Both the position numbers and the translations under genes were made by a program. A stretch of DNA of 64,000 nucleotides from Escherichia phage vB_EcoM_G4498, in the sequence record NC_054918.1; one strand, 5' to 3'. Below, piece after piece: positions 31,306 through 43,434 of the stretch. Every line of letters begins with the position of its first letter. Position 1 is the stretch's first letter. The notes beneath the pieces were generated by a model. The model had not been told where the DNA came from and did not search any database. It saw only the letters and a list, made by a program, of their open reading frames with translations.

Positions 31306-31601
31306 TTACATTTATCCTCTTTTAACTCTTGACGATAATAACATATCATAGTTTTTTGGTCATGTACATATCGTTTTACATCATTAAGCCAAATACGAAA
31401 TTCCTGGGAATCTTCAAATGGCATACCGACCCAAGCTTTACCATCAATAACTTTAACTTGCCAAGATAGTTTAGCTTCATCATATGACTTTATCTGTACA
31501 GGCCAATTAGGATGAACTGTTTCTTTCTTTACTTCTAGAGGCTTTGTCGAACAACCAGCTAGAAGACCGATAGATAATATTACTGCTGATAGTCTAATCA
31601 T
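31302..31601 (-). CDS. Putative lipoprotein (pseT.x series)
   Basis: 99-aa ORF; N-terminus MIRLSAVILSIGLLAGCSTK has signal peptide plus lipobox-like LAGC. Confidence 0.55.
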   Translation of the reverse strand: MIRLSAVILSIGLLAGCSTKPLEVKKETVHPNWPVQIKSYDEAKLSWQVKVIDGKAWVGMPFEDSQEFRIWLNDVKRYVHDQKTMICYYRQELKEDKCK

Positions 31602-31951
31602 TTAGAAAGGTCCTGGATGTCTTCTGCGAACTTGTTGAAGGAGTTGTTGATTTGTTTTTCAACCAATCCTGGCTTACGAGCCACCACATCCGCCTTCTTT
31701 GCATCTTTGCGCAGTTTTTCATTTTCACGCTCAATAGCAGCAATCGCCTCACGATTTTTATTATTCATCGCATCAATATAATTATACTGAATTCGCAAAT
31801 TATTTAATGCTAAGGCGTTTTCATTGGCTGTTTTTGTAATTTCAGTAACTGATGTTTCTAATCTTTCTACCTTATTTTTTAAAATAATAGATGTTCCGCC
31901 AAATGCTATTACAAGTAATAGCAATCCAGCTGTAAAATTACTTAATTGCAT
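31598..31951 (-). CDS. Hypothetical membrane-anchored protein
   Basis: 117-aa ORF; N-terminal hydrophobic helix. Confidence 0.5.
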   Translation of the reverse strand: MQLSNFTAGLLLLVIAFGGTSIILKNKVERLETSVTEITKTANENALALNNLRIQYNYIDAMNNKNREAIAAIERENEKLRKDAKKADVVARKPGLVEKQINNSFNKFAEDIQDLSK

Positions 31952-32448
31952 AAAGTTTTAATAACCTCTATAATATCGTCTTGAGAAAGACCGTTAATTA
32001 AAATATGATGTTCAGCCGGAGATTTAGAAATTTTAAAGCATGCCTCAACATCTTCTGCCATATCCGATGCGCTACGGTTTGGATTACTAATTCCAAGACG
32101 ATGTTTTCCCGTTAAAGGATTAACGATGATATAGCATTTACAGTTGTTAATATGAACATTAGGTTGAGTCTGATTAATGAACACATCGCAATCATATTTC
32201 GCAAGCTGATTTTCTAAAAAGACTTTCATCTCTTCAACCGCATCAGGAAGCATATCACGGGCTTGCTCAAGACGACGATTTCGATATTCTTTAATGGTCG
32301 TTTTCCGCTTGACTTGCTTAGCTAAATCTTTCTTAAGATCGGTGATATATCCAACTCGACGGTTTCCTTTAAATACAGAAATCCCATCTGTAGTATCACC
32401 GTATGCTTCAACGACCATTTCAGTAGTAATGAGCTGCAAATCCATCAT
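31942..32448 (-). CDS. alc: Alc, inhibitor of host transcription on cytosine-containing DNA
   Basis: 168-aa ORF in the syntenic position between pseT block and rnlA; size matches T4 Alc. Confidence 0.7.
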   Translation of the reverse strand: MMDLQLITTEMVVEAYGDTTDGISVFKGNRRVGYITDLKKDLAKQVKRKTTIKEYRNRRLEQARDMLPDAVEEMKVFLENQLAKYDCDVFINQTQPNVHINNCKCYIIVNPLTGKHRLGISNPNRSASDMAEDVEACFKISKSPAEHHILINGLSQDDIIEVIKTLCN

Positions 32449-32476
32449 AAAGTCCTCATGTTATGTCAGTAAGACT

Positions 32477-32506
32477 ACTGTAACACAACACGAGGGACTT
32501 GTAAAC
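32477..32506 (-). promoter_or_regulatory. T4-type early promoter upstream of alc
   Basis: Minus strand GTTTAC, 18 nt, TACAGT; about 50 nt near-identical to the 16553..16582 promoter. Confidence 0.55.
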
Positions 32507-32509
32507 AGC

Positions 32510-34097
<1,588 letters not shown>

Positions 34098-34100
34098 AAT

Positions 34101-34120
34101 AAAATGGGCCTTGCGGCCCA
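34101..34120 (-). promoter_or_regulatory. Hairpin between nrdB stop / SD-like GGAG and the denA ATG
   Basis: Minus strand TAA-GGAG-TGGGCCGCAAGGCCCA-TTTTATT-ATG. Confidence 0.5.
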
Positions 34121-34124
34121 CTCC

Positions 34125-35303
34125 TTAAAAGTATTTTTTAAAACTCATCATAACTTTATCATCAACATCATTATCAATCTGTGCAACAAGATAAGATGAC
34201 AGTTCTACTTCTTGTGGCGCTGATTGAACATTATCAGAATTAAGATATTCACGAATCCAAGGATATGGATGTTTAACCGGAGCATCGGTAATTGGGCATG
34301 GAAGACCGCACTGTTTCATACGAGATACAGTTAAGTAATCAATAAAGCTCCACATGCTATTTGTATTTAATCCAGGAACATCGCCATCTTTAAATAAATG
34401 AACTGCCCAATCTTTTTCTTGGCGGTTAACTTCCATGAAAATATCAACTGCTTCTTGTTCACACTCTTGAGCAATTTTAACCCATTGATCGCCATCAGTA
34501 CCAGATTGAAGTTGACGAATAATATATTGTGTACCTTTAAGATGAAGCTGCTCATCACGTGCAATGAACTTCATAATCTTGGCATTACCTTCCATGATTT
34601 CCATGTTTTTATGGAAGTTAAAGGTACACGCAAAGGATACATAAAAACGAATAGCTTCTAATGCATTAATAACGTGCAAACAGAGGTAAAGAGATTTCAT
34701 TAGCTCACGCTTCCAATATGTCTCATGCTCAATAGCATCTTCAATAACGTCTTCGTCTGCATTAATTTCTTTTTGGTATTCGATATCAGCTTTAGCGTTT
34801 TCCCAATAACGAGTTTTAATCAGAACATCATCATAATAACGTCCAATGGATTCAGCACGTTTCATAATAGCTTCATCTAATACAATTTCATCAAATACCT
34901 TCGATGGATCAGTATAAAGATTTCGCATGATATGAGTATATGAACGACTGTGAATAGTTTCACTAAAAGTCCATGTAGCAACCCATGTATCAAGGCTTGG
35001 GTCTGAAATTAATGACATAAGTACAGCAGATGGCGCGCGACCCTGAATGCTATCTAAAAGTGATTGATACTTCAAGTTGTTAGTAAAAATATTTTGCTGA
35101 TACTGAGGAAGCTTATTAAACTGTGCAGCATCCATCATCAAGTTTACTTCTTCAGGACGCCAGAAAAATGATAATTGCTTTTCGGTTAAATCTTCAAAAA
35201 CTTTATGACGTTGAATATCATAACGCGCAATACCAAGACCTGAACCAAAAAACATAGGTTCTTTTAAAACATCAACTGGATTTGTATTAAAAACTGTGCT
35301 CAT
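34125..35303 (-). CDS. nrdB: Ribonucleotide reductase small subunit NrdB, uninterrupted
   Basis: 392-aa continuous ORF; di-iron ligand motifs. Confidence 0.95.
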   Translation of the reverse strand: MSTVFNTNPVDVLKEPMFFGSGLGIARYDIQRHKVFEDLTEKQLSFFWRPEEVNLMMDAAQFNKLPQYQQNIFTNNLKYQSLLDSIQGRAPSAVLMSLISDPSLDTWVATWTFSETIHSRSYTHIMRNLYTDPSKVFDEIVLDEAIMKRAESIGRYYDDVLIKTRYWENAKADIEYQKEINADEDVIEDAIEHETYWKRELMKSLYLCLHVINALEAIRFYVSFACTFNFHKNMEIMEGNAKIMKFIARDEQLHLKGTQYIIRQLQSGTDGDQWVKIAQECEQEAVDIFMEVNRQEKDWAVHLFKDGDVPGLNTNSMWSFIDYLTVSRMKQCGLPCPITDAPVKHPYPWIREYLNSDNVQSAPQEVELSSYLVAQIDNDVDDKVMMSFKKYF

Positions 35304-35354
35304 AAATTTTCCGCTTAGTTAATAGTTGGTGACTCGTCCGTGAGTCAAATTATA

Positions 35355-37619
35355 TCATAATTTACAGGATGAACAATCTTCAGCTTTTGGAGTTTCTATT
35401 TCATAATCATCAGTACCAGAACCATCGCGGGTATTATGATAATAGAAATTTTTTCCGCCAAAATACCAAAAATACAAAAGGTCATCAATCATTATTGACA
35501 TTGGAACCTTGCCTTTAGGGAAGATTTGGGGGTCATAGTATGTATTCGCCGAAGCTGATTGACAAACCCATTTCAGCATAATAGCTACTTGCGTAAGATA
35601 AGGTTTATTACCTTTCTTAGCTAATTTCCATGTATAATCATATAGGTCTATGTTATGTTCAATATTGGGCACGACTTGATTAAAGGAACCCTCTTTTGAT
35701 TCTTTAACAGAGACTGGTCCACGTGGAGGCTCGATACCGTTTGTACTGTTAGAAACTTGGGAAGATGACTCACATGGCATAAGTGCTGATAGTGTGCTAT
35801 TACGGATGCCAAAGAGCTTAAGGTCTTCCCGCAGCGACGACCAGTCACAAACGTATTTTGGAGCTGCGATTTGGTCAATCTTTTTATTGTACCAGTCGAT
35901 AGGTAATTCGCCTCGAGACCAACGAGTGTCTGAATAATATTCGCAAGGTCCTTTTTCTTTGGCGAGCTTAATGGATGCTTTAATGAGTCCATACTGTAAT
36001 CTCTCAAATAGTTCATGTGTTAAATCGTTAGCATCTTCATAAGAAGCAAAGTTACTTGCCAGCCAAGCTGCATAGTTGGTAACACCTACACCGAGGTTAC
36101 GACGCTTTTTAGCTTTTTCTGCTTCAGGAACTGGATATCCTTGGTAATCCAAAAGATTATCAAGAGCACGAACTTGAACTTCTGCCAATTCATTAATTTT
36201 ATCTTGGTCTTGCCAGTCAAAATTATCTAGTACGAATGCAGAGAGAGTACACAATCCAATTTCAGCATCAGGACTATTCACATCATTTGTTGGAATAGCA
36301 ATTTCACAGCACAAGTTACTCTGACGAATAGGTGCCTTTTCACGAATAAACGGAGTATAGTTATTCGTATTATCAATGAACTGTACATAAATTCTTGCTG
36401 TTCCTGAACGTTCAGTCATGAGCAATTCAAATAGTTCACGGGCTTTAATACGCTTTTTACGAATATTAGGGTCTTTTTCTGCTGCTTCGTATAATTCACG
36501 GAAACGGTCTTGGTCTTTAAAATAAGAATAATAAAGCTCTCCACCCATTTCATGCGGACTGAACAAAGTAATGTAATCGTTCTTTCCGAATCGTTCCATC
36601 ATCAAATCATTCAGTTGAACACCATAATCCATATGACGAATGCGGTTTTCTTCTACGCCTTTGTTATTTTTCAAAACGAGAAGATTTTCAACTTCCAAAT
36701 GCCAAATAGGATAATAAGCAGTAGCAGCGCCGCCACGAATTCCACCCTGTGAACATGATTTAACTGCAGTCTGAAAATGTTTCCAAAAAGGAATAACACC
36801 AGTATGGCGTACTTCACCCATGCCAATCTTAGAACCTTCGGCACGAATCATACCAACGTTAATACCAATTCCAGCGCGTTTAGAGATATATTCAACAATC
36901 GAAGCGGAAGCCTTATTGATAGACTTCAGCGAATCACCTGCCTCAATAACAACACATGAACTAAACTGTCGAGTCGGAGTACGACAACCAGCCATAATAG
37001 GAGTTGGTAATGAAATCTGTCGAGTAGATACTGCTTCATAAAAACGAATAACATGTTTTAATCTATCAACAGGTTCATCTTGATGCAATGCCATTCCAAT
37101 AGTCATAAATGCAAACTGCGGAGTTTCATAAATTTGACCAGTGGTTTTATCTTTAACGAGATATTTTTCTTTTAATTGCATCGCCCCGGAATAAGTAAAT
37201 TCCATATCCCGTTCGTGCTTAATTTTTGATTCTAAAAATGTAATTTCTTCTGCTGAATATTTTGACAACAATTCAGGGTCATATTTACCTTCATTTACAC
37301 AGTAAGAAATATGGTCAATAAATGAACGCGGTTCATACTGCCCATAAACATGCTTACGAAGAGCGAACATTAGACAACGTGCAGCTACATATTGATAATC
37401 AGGCTCTTCAACCGAAATAGAATTCGCAGCGGCCTTAATGACAATAGTCTGAATATCATCAGTTGTCATTCCATCACGGAGATAAGATTTAATATTTTCA
37501 TATAATTCATAAGGATCTACTGATGTTCCCTCAGCTGCCCAAGATAAAACTTTAATAATTTTTTGTGGGTCAAAGCTCTGAGAAACACCACTACTTTTGA
37601 TAACATTAATTAATTGCAT
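35355..37619 (-). CDS. nrdA: Ribonucleotide reductase large subunit NrdA
   Basis: 754-aa ORF; C-terminal Cys pair (CSSCKL). Confidence 0.95.
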   Translation of the reverse strand: MQLINVIKSSGVSQSFDPQKIIKVLSWAAEGTSVDPYELYENIKSYLRDGMTTDDIQTIVIKAAANSISVEEPDYQYVAARCLMFALRKHVYGQYEPRSFIDHISYCVNEGKYDPELLSKYSAEEITFLESKIKHERDMEFTYSGAMQLKEKYLVKDKTTGQIYETPQFAFMTIGMALHQDEPVDRLKHVIRFYEAVSTRQISLPTPIMAGCRTPTRQFSSCVVIEAGDSLKSINKASASIVEYISKRAGIGINVGMIRAEGSKIGMGEVRHTGVIPFWKHFQTAVKSCSQGGIRGGAATAYYPIWHLEVENLLVLKNNKGVEENRIRHMDYGVQLNDLMMERFGKNDYITLFSPHEMGGELYYSYFKDQDRFRELYEAAEKDPNIRKKRIKARELFELLMTERSGTARIYVQFIDNTNNYTPFIREKAPIRQSNLCCEIAIPTNDVNSPDAEIGLCTLSAFVLDNFDWQDQDKINELAEVQVRALDNLLDYQGYPVPEAEKAKKRRNLGVGVTNYAAWLASNFASYEDANDLTHELFERLQYGLIKASIKLAKEKGPCEYYSDTRWSRGELPIDWYNKKIDQIAAPKYVCDWSSLREDLKLFGIRNSTLSALMPCESSSQVSNSTNGIEPPRGPVSVKESKEGSFNQVVPNIEHNIDLYDYTWKLAKKGNKPYLTQVAIMLKWVCQSASANTYYDPQIFPKGKVPMSIMIDDLLYFWYFGGKNFYYHNTRDGSGTDDYEIETPKAEDCSSCKL

Positions 37620-37936
37620 AAGTCCTCAACTTGAAAATCGTCTTTAAACAATCGGTTAACTATATGAGCTATTATATCACCATGACACGGCTTTGGTTTA
37701 CATGTGCATCCTAGCCTCATTCCACGTAAAGGCTCTAAATGTGCTTTAGTTATTTCTCCGGATTTAATTCGACGTATAAAATCTTTTTTGAATAATTCAA
37801 TGGCAGCCTCCCGGCTGCCAGCATCTTTACCGACGTAATTTCCCCAAAATGTACCACGGTGAATATTAACATCAAAGTCGGATTTGTATTTATTCACTAC
37901 CCGACATAGACGGCCCGCGCGGTGATAATTCGGCAT
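37610..37936 (-). CDS. Hypothetical Cys/His-motif protein, positional equivalent of nrdA.1
   Basis: 108-aa ORF with [11 protein letters not shown] motif. Confidence 0.55.
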   Translation of the reverse strand: MPNYHRAGRLCRVVNKYKSDFDVNIHRGTFWGNYVGKDAGSREAAIELFKKDFIRRIKSGEITKAHLEPLRGMRLGCTCKPKPCHGDIIAHIVNRLFKDDFQVEDLCN

Positions 37937-38153
37937 ATTGTTTTTCCGTTAAAACAGTAATATCGTAGTAACAGTCAGAAGAAGTTTTAACTGTGGAAAT
38001 TTTATTATCAAAATACTCACGAGTCATTTTATGAGTATAATATTTTTTGCCATAAATGATAATAGGCTGATTTGGTCCTGGAACTTCTAGCTCACTTGGA
38101 TTAGGAAGTGTAAAAAGAACTACACCAGAAGTATCTTTAAATCGTAAAATCAT
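37890..38153 (-). CDS. Hypothetical protein, positional equivalent of nrdA.2
   Basis: 87-aa ORF; 3' end overlaps the downstream ORF by 47 nt. Confidence 0.5.
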   Translation of the reverse strand: MILRFKDTSGVVLFTLPNPSELEVPGPNQPIIIYGKKYYTHKMTREYFDNKISTVKTSSDCYYDITVLTEKQYAELSPRGPSMSGSE

Positions 38154-39010
38154 ATTGCCATTTTCCCTTTAATTGCTGGATGCGATTCATAATTTTCAAG
38201 GATAAAATCTTTCGGTTTCATGTATTCAGTTAACCAGTAAAGCTGTGTTTCGGTGTCACAATTTCCAAACTCTATAGGCCAATCAATTTTAAGTTCACAT
38301 AGTTCTTTAGGCTCACGACGTAAAATTTCTTTACATTGCTCAGTATGATTCATATAGATGTGAGTATTACCACCAGAAAATATCAAATCTCCTGGGATAA
38401 GATTACACATCTTAGCCACAATATGCGTCAAGGCAGCGTACGAGGCAATGTTGAATGGCAATCCCAAGAAAACATCTACACTTCTTTGGTACCATTGTAA
38501 ATCAAGATAACCATTACGCACATTAAACTGATAGAACATATGACAGGGCGGTAATGCCATTTGATTGATTTCAGCTGGATTCCATGCTGAAACGATTTGA
38601 CGTCGATCAGTTGGTAATTTTTTAATACGATCAATAGTTTCAACTAATTGATCCACACCGCCGAAATCACGCCATTGTTTACCGTATATAGGACCAAGTT
38701 CACCACTATGATATCCTAGGTCTTTAGCCTGGTTTTCATAGTTATCGTCCCAAATAGTTTTACCTTGAATAAGACTACCATGTGTGCGAAGACGTAAATC
38801 ATTAACATTGGTAGAACCGGAAATAAACCATAGAAGCTCAGCAATGCATGCATTCCACGCAAGCTTCTTAGTTGTTACCGCAGGAAAACCTTTAGTTAAA
38901 TCCCAACGTAATTTAGTACCGAACAAAGCAATTGTTCCTGTGCCTGTTCGGTCATCGGTTTCATAGCCATTTTCAAAAATGTCTTTAATTAAATCTTGGT
39001 ATTGTTTCAT
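38150..39010 (-). CDS. td: Thymidylate synthase, uninterrupted
   Basis: 286-aa continuous ORF; catalytic Cys motif (ALPPCH). Confidence 0.95.
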   Translation of the reverse strand: MKQYQDLIKDIFENGYETDDRTGTGTIALFGTKLRWDLTKGFPAVTTKKLAWNACIAELLWFISGSTNVNDLRLRTHGSLIQGKTIWDDNYENQAKDLGYHSGELGPIYGKQWRDFGGVDQLVETIDRIKKLPTDRRQIVSAWNPAEINQMALPPCHMFYQFNVRNGYLDLQWYQRSVDVFLGLPFNIASYAALTHIVAKMCNLIPGDLIFSGGNTHIYMNHTEQCKEILRREPKELCELKIDWPIEFGNCDTETQLYWLTEYMKPKDFILENYESHPAIKGKMAI

Positions 39011-39055
39011 TTAGTACCTTATATAAATTATAATACATTTTATGAAGCTAAATAA

Positions 39056-39403
39056 TCAATACGGTTTAGCATCAAATTTTCTCTCAATTTCAGGCGTGAA
39101 ATATAATTCTTTACCGCGTTTGGAAAAGCGACCAATAATATGATAATTATTCTCATCAAACGTGATATTACCAATATCCATAGCTTTCAACCAAATATCG
39201 ATATTTCTATCCAGCTTTATGTCAAAATTCCAATACGGAGAACTATTACCGAAAATACTGCAAGCGGATTCAGTGAAACAACTGCTATAAATCTTGTCTT
39301 TAGGAACTACTAATTGATAGACACCTTTAATAAACTGAGGACCCTGCCACTTTGGCTGTTTCGTGTCTTTTTCTAATAGAATAGGGTAATAATTAAAATT
39401 CAT
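39056..39403 (-). CDS. Hypothetical 115-aa protein between frd and td
   Basis: ORF MNFNYYPILLEKDTKQPKW...; not recognised; sits where I recall frd and td being directly adjacent in T4. Confidence 0.55.
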   Translation of the reverse strand: MNFNYYPILLEKDTKQPKWQGPQFIKGVYQLVVPKDKIYSSCFTESACSIFGNSSPYWNFDIKLDRNIDIWLKAMDIGNITFDENNYHIIGRFSKRGKELYFTPEIERKFDAKPY

Positions 39404-39422
39404 ATTTCCGCCACGCGTTATT

Positions 39423-40249
<827 letters not shown>

Positions 40250-40260
40250 ATTGCCTCCTA

Positions 40261-40593
40261 TTAAAAAGGATCAGTAACATATCCGCTAGCTTTAATCATT
40301 TTAATTAACGTTAACATTCCTTTGTTAACTGCTCGTGAGATTTCATCAAAAACTTCATCACTAAAAAGTTCTAACACGCCCTTCTGAACTTTTAATTTAC
40401 AGCCAACAATTTCGTCATCTCCTATAGTAAATTCGCTTCCGCCAATTCCGCCGAAAAACTTAATTACGCCAGTTAACTGTCTTCCACGAGAATATGGGTC
40501 GTGTGATAAAGTAATATGAGTCACCCCAGGTACAGTTTTAAATTGGCAGCGGATGTTTACTTGAGCAATTCCAGTTACATGAATGTCAGACAT
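40261..40593 (-). CDS. Hypothetical protein (frd.x series)
   Basis: 110-aa ORF. Confidence 0.55.
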   Translation of the reverse strand: MSDIHVTGIAQVNIRCQFKTVPGVTHITLSHDPYSRGRQLTGVIKFFGGIGGSEFTIGDDEIVGCKLKVQKGVLELFSDEVFDEISRAVNKGMLTLIKMIKASGYVTDPF

Positions 40594-40603
40594 ATTATTT
40601 TCC

Positions 40604-40846
40604 TCAAACAGACTTTTTCACAATTTTCCAATCAGCTTTAAACTGATCAACATCAGAATGATAAATCCAGAATCCTGCGCTTTCTCCGTCTTCATAAAGA
40701 GGACATCCATCACATTCATCTTCCCATCCCATGTCACGTAAAAGATGTTCAGCTTTTTCAACAAGTTCAGAATCTTTACCGATGATATTAAAATACCATT
40801 TACCTCTAACTTCTGAATCTTTGATGCTCTGGCGTTGTAATCTCAT
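40604..40846 (-). CDS. Hypothetical protein (frd.x series)
   Basis: 80-aa ORF with AAGGAG SD. Confidence 0.55.
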   Translation of the reverse strand: MRLQRQSIKDSEVRGKWYFNIIGKDSELVEKAEHLLRDMGWEDECDGCPLYEDGESAGFWIYHSDVDQFKADWKIVKKSV

Positions 40847-40955
40847 TTTATTCTCCTTAGCAAGCTTTAATCAAAAGATATAAACAGACCAACATAACTG
40901 CTGCCATAATATAAGGTGCGAACATTTTCTTTTCTCCATTAGTTTTGATAGGGTA

Positions 40956-40985
40956 ATAGTATCACACTACTACCCTGTTGTAAAC
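40956..40985 (-). promoter_or_regulatory. T4-type early promoter
   Basis: Minus strand GTTTAC, 18 nt, TACTAT, then conserved ACCCTATC box. Confidence 0.55.
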
Positions 40986-41350
40986 TACTTTTTGAAAGTT
41001 TTTCGCAAAAGTTCAATGATTTCATCTACATTATTTTCGTCAACAATGCAGTGAATTTTTGTTACGCCAGAAACTATGTCTTCGGCTCCATCTTCTTCAG
41101 AAGTCGGTTCTTTATACTCACGAAAACAATGAAATTCGTCTTCACAAACGTTAAAGTAAAAATGCTTTCCATTTGCGCATTCAATGTGTTTTATTACTCT
41201 AAATCCATCAACAAAGAAAGCTTCTTTAACTTCAAACCATCCACCATTTTCTTGAATAATTTTAACTATCGATGAATTAGAACGTGGGCGATAATTAATA
41301 AATGTATCAATAAGTCTTGGAACAAGCTCATACTTTTTGCCAATATACAT
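40985..41350 (-). CDS. Hypothetical 121-aa protein
   Basis: ORF; not recognised. Confidence 0.5.
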   Translation of the reverse strand: MYIGKKYELVPRLIDTFINYRPRSNSSIVKIIQENGGWFEVKEAFFVDGFRVIKHIECANGKHFYFNVCEDEFHCFREYKEPTSEEDGAEDIVSGVTKIHCIVDENNVDEIIELLRKTFKK

Positions 41351-41395
41351 TACGTTTTCCTCATTTTAACGGGGCTTGTAATAGCCCCTTGATAA

Positions 41396-41626
41396 TTATT
41401 GTTCAATCAATCCCATGTAAAATTCTGCGTCTTCAGAATCCATACCATCACAATATTCATTAGCCATAAAGCGGGTGAGGTCTTCAAGAGGACCTTCAAT
41501 GACAATAGAAAAATTGCAATAATTGGGATCATCGTGAATACTTGTGATACTAAGTTCAGGATAACGATTACGAATAATTTCTTCAATATATTCAAAATCA
41601 ACGATGTCAATATCAACTTTAGCCAT
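41396..41626 (-). CDS. Hypothetical acidic 76-aa protein
   Basis: ATG at 41626 ([13 protein letters not shown]...) with AAAGAGGAAA SD. Confidence 0.5.
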   Translation of the reverse strand: MAKVDIDIVDFEYIEEIIRNRYPELSITSIHDDPNYCNFSIVIEGPLEDLTRFMANEYCDGMDSEDAEFYMGLIEQ

Positions 41627-41669
41627 ATTATTTTCCTCTTTAATTATCAGCAGTATTGCCGATAGTTGT

Positions 41670-41699
41670 ATAGTACCATGGAAGGACAAGGATGTAAAC
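41670..41699 (-). promoter_or_regulatory. T4-type early promoter
   Basis: Minus strand GTTTAC, 18 nt, TACTAT, ACAACTATC box. Confidence 0.55.
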
Positions 41700-41730
41700 A
41701 GTTTTGTGAAAAAATTTTTGAAATAAAAAA

Positions 41731-41749
41731 GGGGACCTCTAGGGTCCCC
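41731..41749 (-). terminator. Intrinsic terminator downstream of gene 32
   Basis: GGGGACCCTAGAGGTCCCC followed by TTTTTTATTT on minus strand. Confidence 0.7.
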
Positions 41750-41771
41750 AATTAATTAGTAATATAATCTG

Positions 41772-42680
41772 TTAAAGGTCATTCAAAAGGTCATCTAGAT
41801 CCGTGTCATCAGCACTAGATGAACTGCCAGAGCTTGAGCTCATAAAATCATCTTCAGTTTTTGTTTTGAAGTCATCAACATTGAATGCATCCAAATCATC
41901 AGCAACTTTATCAGCTTTCTTAGCGGCAGTTGCAGCGGCACCACCCATTGCAGCAGTTCCCATAACTTGACTGAACTTAGTGCTCAGTTCTTCAAATGAT
42001 TTGAATTTATCTTTAGAAGTCATTTCAGAAAGGTCAACCATTTGTTCGAACAGTTCTTTCTGGAAAGATTCATCGTCAATGTTTGGAATCGCAGATTGAT
42101 TCAGGAATTTAGATTCGTCGTAGTTACTAAAACCAGAAACTTGTTTAACTTTCAGTACAAAGTTAGCACCTTCCCACGGACAAGTTACATCAACCGGAGT
42201 TTCACCCATTTCAACATCAACCGCAATCATCGCGTTGATTTTATCCCAGATTTTCTTACCGAAACGATATTTAAATACTTTACCTTCGTTTTCTGGAGCA
42301 GCTGGGTCTTTTACAACAAGAATGTTAGCCCAGTAAGAAGTTTTACGTTTAACAAGACTGTACTCTTTATTGTCAGTGTTGTACAAATCATTTTTACTGA
42401 TGTACTGACATACTGGACAAGAATCGTAATCACCGTAGGTAGATGAGCATGTTTCGATATACCATTTACCATTTTTCTTGAAACCGTGATTTACAAGAAG
42501 TGCGAATGGTGCTTGTTCATCATTTTTAGACGGAAGAAAACGAATTACTGCTTGGCCGTTACCCGCATTGTCGAGTTTCAGTTTCCACTCGCCTTTATCT
42601 TCAGAAGAAAAACCACCTTTATTTCCAGCCAGTTTAGCCATTTGCGCAGCGAGTTCAGCAGTAGATTTACGTTTAAACAT
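41772..42680 (-). CDS. 32: gp32 single-stranded DNA-binding protein
   Basis: 302-aa [27 protein letters not shown]...; matches T4 gp32; acidic C-terminal tail. Confidence 0.95.
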   Translation of the reverse strand: MFKRKSTAELAAQMAKLAGNKGGFSSEDKGEWKLKLDNAGNGQAVIRFLPSKNDEQAPFALLVNHGFKKNGKWYIETCSSTYGDYDSCPVCQYISKNDLYNTDNKEYSLVKRKTSYWANILVVKDPAAPENEGKVFKYRFGKKIWDKINAMIAVDVEMGETPVDVTCPWEGANFVLKVKQVSGFSNYDESKFLNQSAIPNIDDESFQKELFEQMVDLSEMTSKDKFKSFEELSTKFSQVMGTAAMGGAAATAAKKADKVADDLDAFNVDDFKTKTEDDFMSSSSGSSSSADDTDLDDLLNDL

Positions 42681-42750
42681 TTTTATTTCCTTTTTAATTT
42701 AATTAACAGTTGGTGCTATGACGATGTATGACCTCATAGCTGGTCAGTGA
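42681..42750 (-). promoter_or_regulatory. Gene 32 autoregulatory translational operator (pseudoknot plus A/U-rich leader)
   Basis: Minus strand GCTGACCAGCTATGAGGTCATACATCGTCATAGCAC followed by TTAATTAAATTAAAAAGGAAATAAAA-ATG, matching the T4 operator as I recall it. Confidence 0.7.
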
Positions 42751-42764
42751 GATAATTATAATCT

Positions 42765-42772
42765 TATTTATA
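42765..42772 (-). promoter_or_regulatory. Late promoter upstream of gene 32
   Basis: TATAAATA on minus strand. Confidence 0.5.
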
Positions 42773-42780
42773 ATAAGCAA

Positions 42781-43434
42781 TTAATACTTGCAAGATTTCA
42801 CAGTTTCAATGAAAACATTTTTAGCTTTCTGTGAATCAATATTTAAAATTTTTCTATAAGCCTTTAACTTTATAGAATAATTATTCCAGACTAAATTATC
42901 AGTCTGTTCATCATGTTTATCAATTATATTTAAAAACGAATCAAGCAAGATAAACGTTTCAAACGAAATTATATTCGATTGAAGTAGTTTAAAAATATAA
43001 CTTGATTGAACTTTTGGATTATACTCAAAGATTTCTTTAAAAGCAGAAACTTCAACTTTTTTACTAAAATAGTAAATATTGCGAATATCTTCTTCAAACT
43101 TAAATTTAATTTGCTTTAAGCGTCCGATATATTCACGATAAAACACAAGTGCATCAGCGTCAGAGATGTCACCAATCCAAGCATCTTGGTTAGCAACCAA
43201 ATTACTTATAAAAATTAAAGCAAGTTCCTTTAATTTATATTTTTCTGATAACTTCTGGAAAAAATACTTATCCCTTCGCTTTTGATAAGCGGCATCAGAC
43301 ACCCGCATGCACCAATTATACTTAATTACATCATACTTTCCATTCATATGCTGTTTTATCATTAAGTATAATTTATAAACTGATTTACCATCAATGTATC
43401 TTTCACCACCAGCAGGCATGCGGAGTTTAATCAT
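42781..43434 (-). CDS. 59: gp59 helicase loader
   Basis: 217-aa ORF MIKLRMPAGGERYIDGKSVYKLYLMIKQH...; matches T4 gp59. Confidence 0.9.
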   Translation of the reverse strand: MIKLRMPAGGERYIDGKSVYKLYLMIKQHMNGKYDVIKYNWCMRVSDAAYQKRRDKYFFQKLSEKYKLKELALIFISNLVANQDAWIGDISDADALVFYREYIGRLKQIKFKFEEDIRNIYYFSKKVEVSAFKEIFEYNPKVQSSYIFKLLQSNIISFETFILLDSFLNIIDKHDEQTDNLVWNNYSIKLKAYRKILNIDSQKAKNVFIETVKSCKY

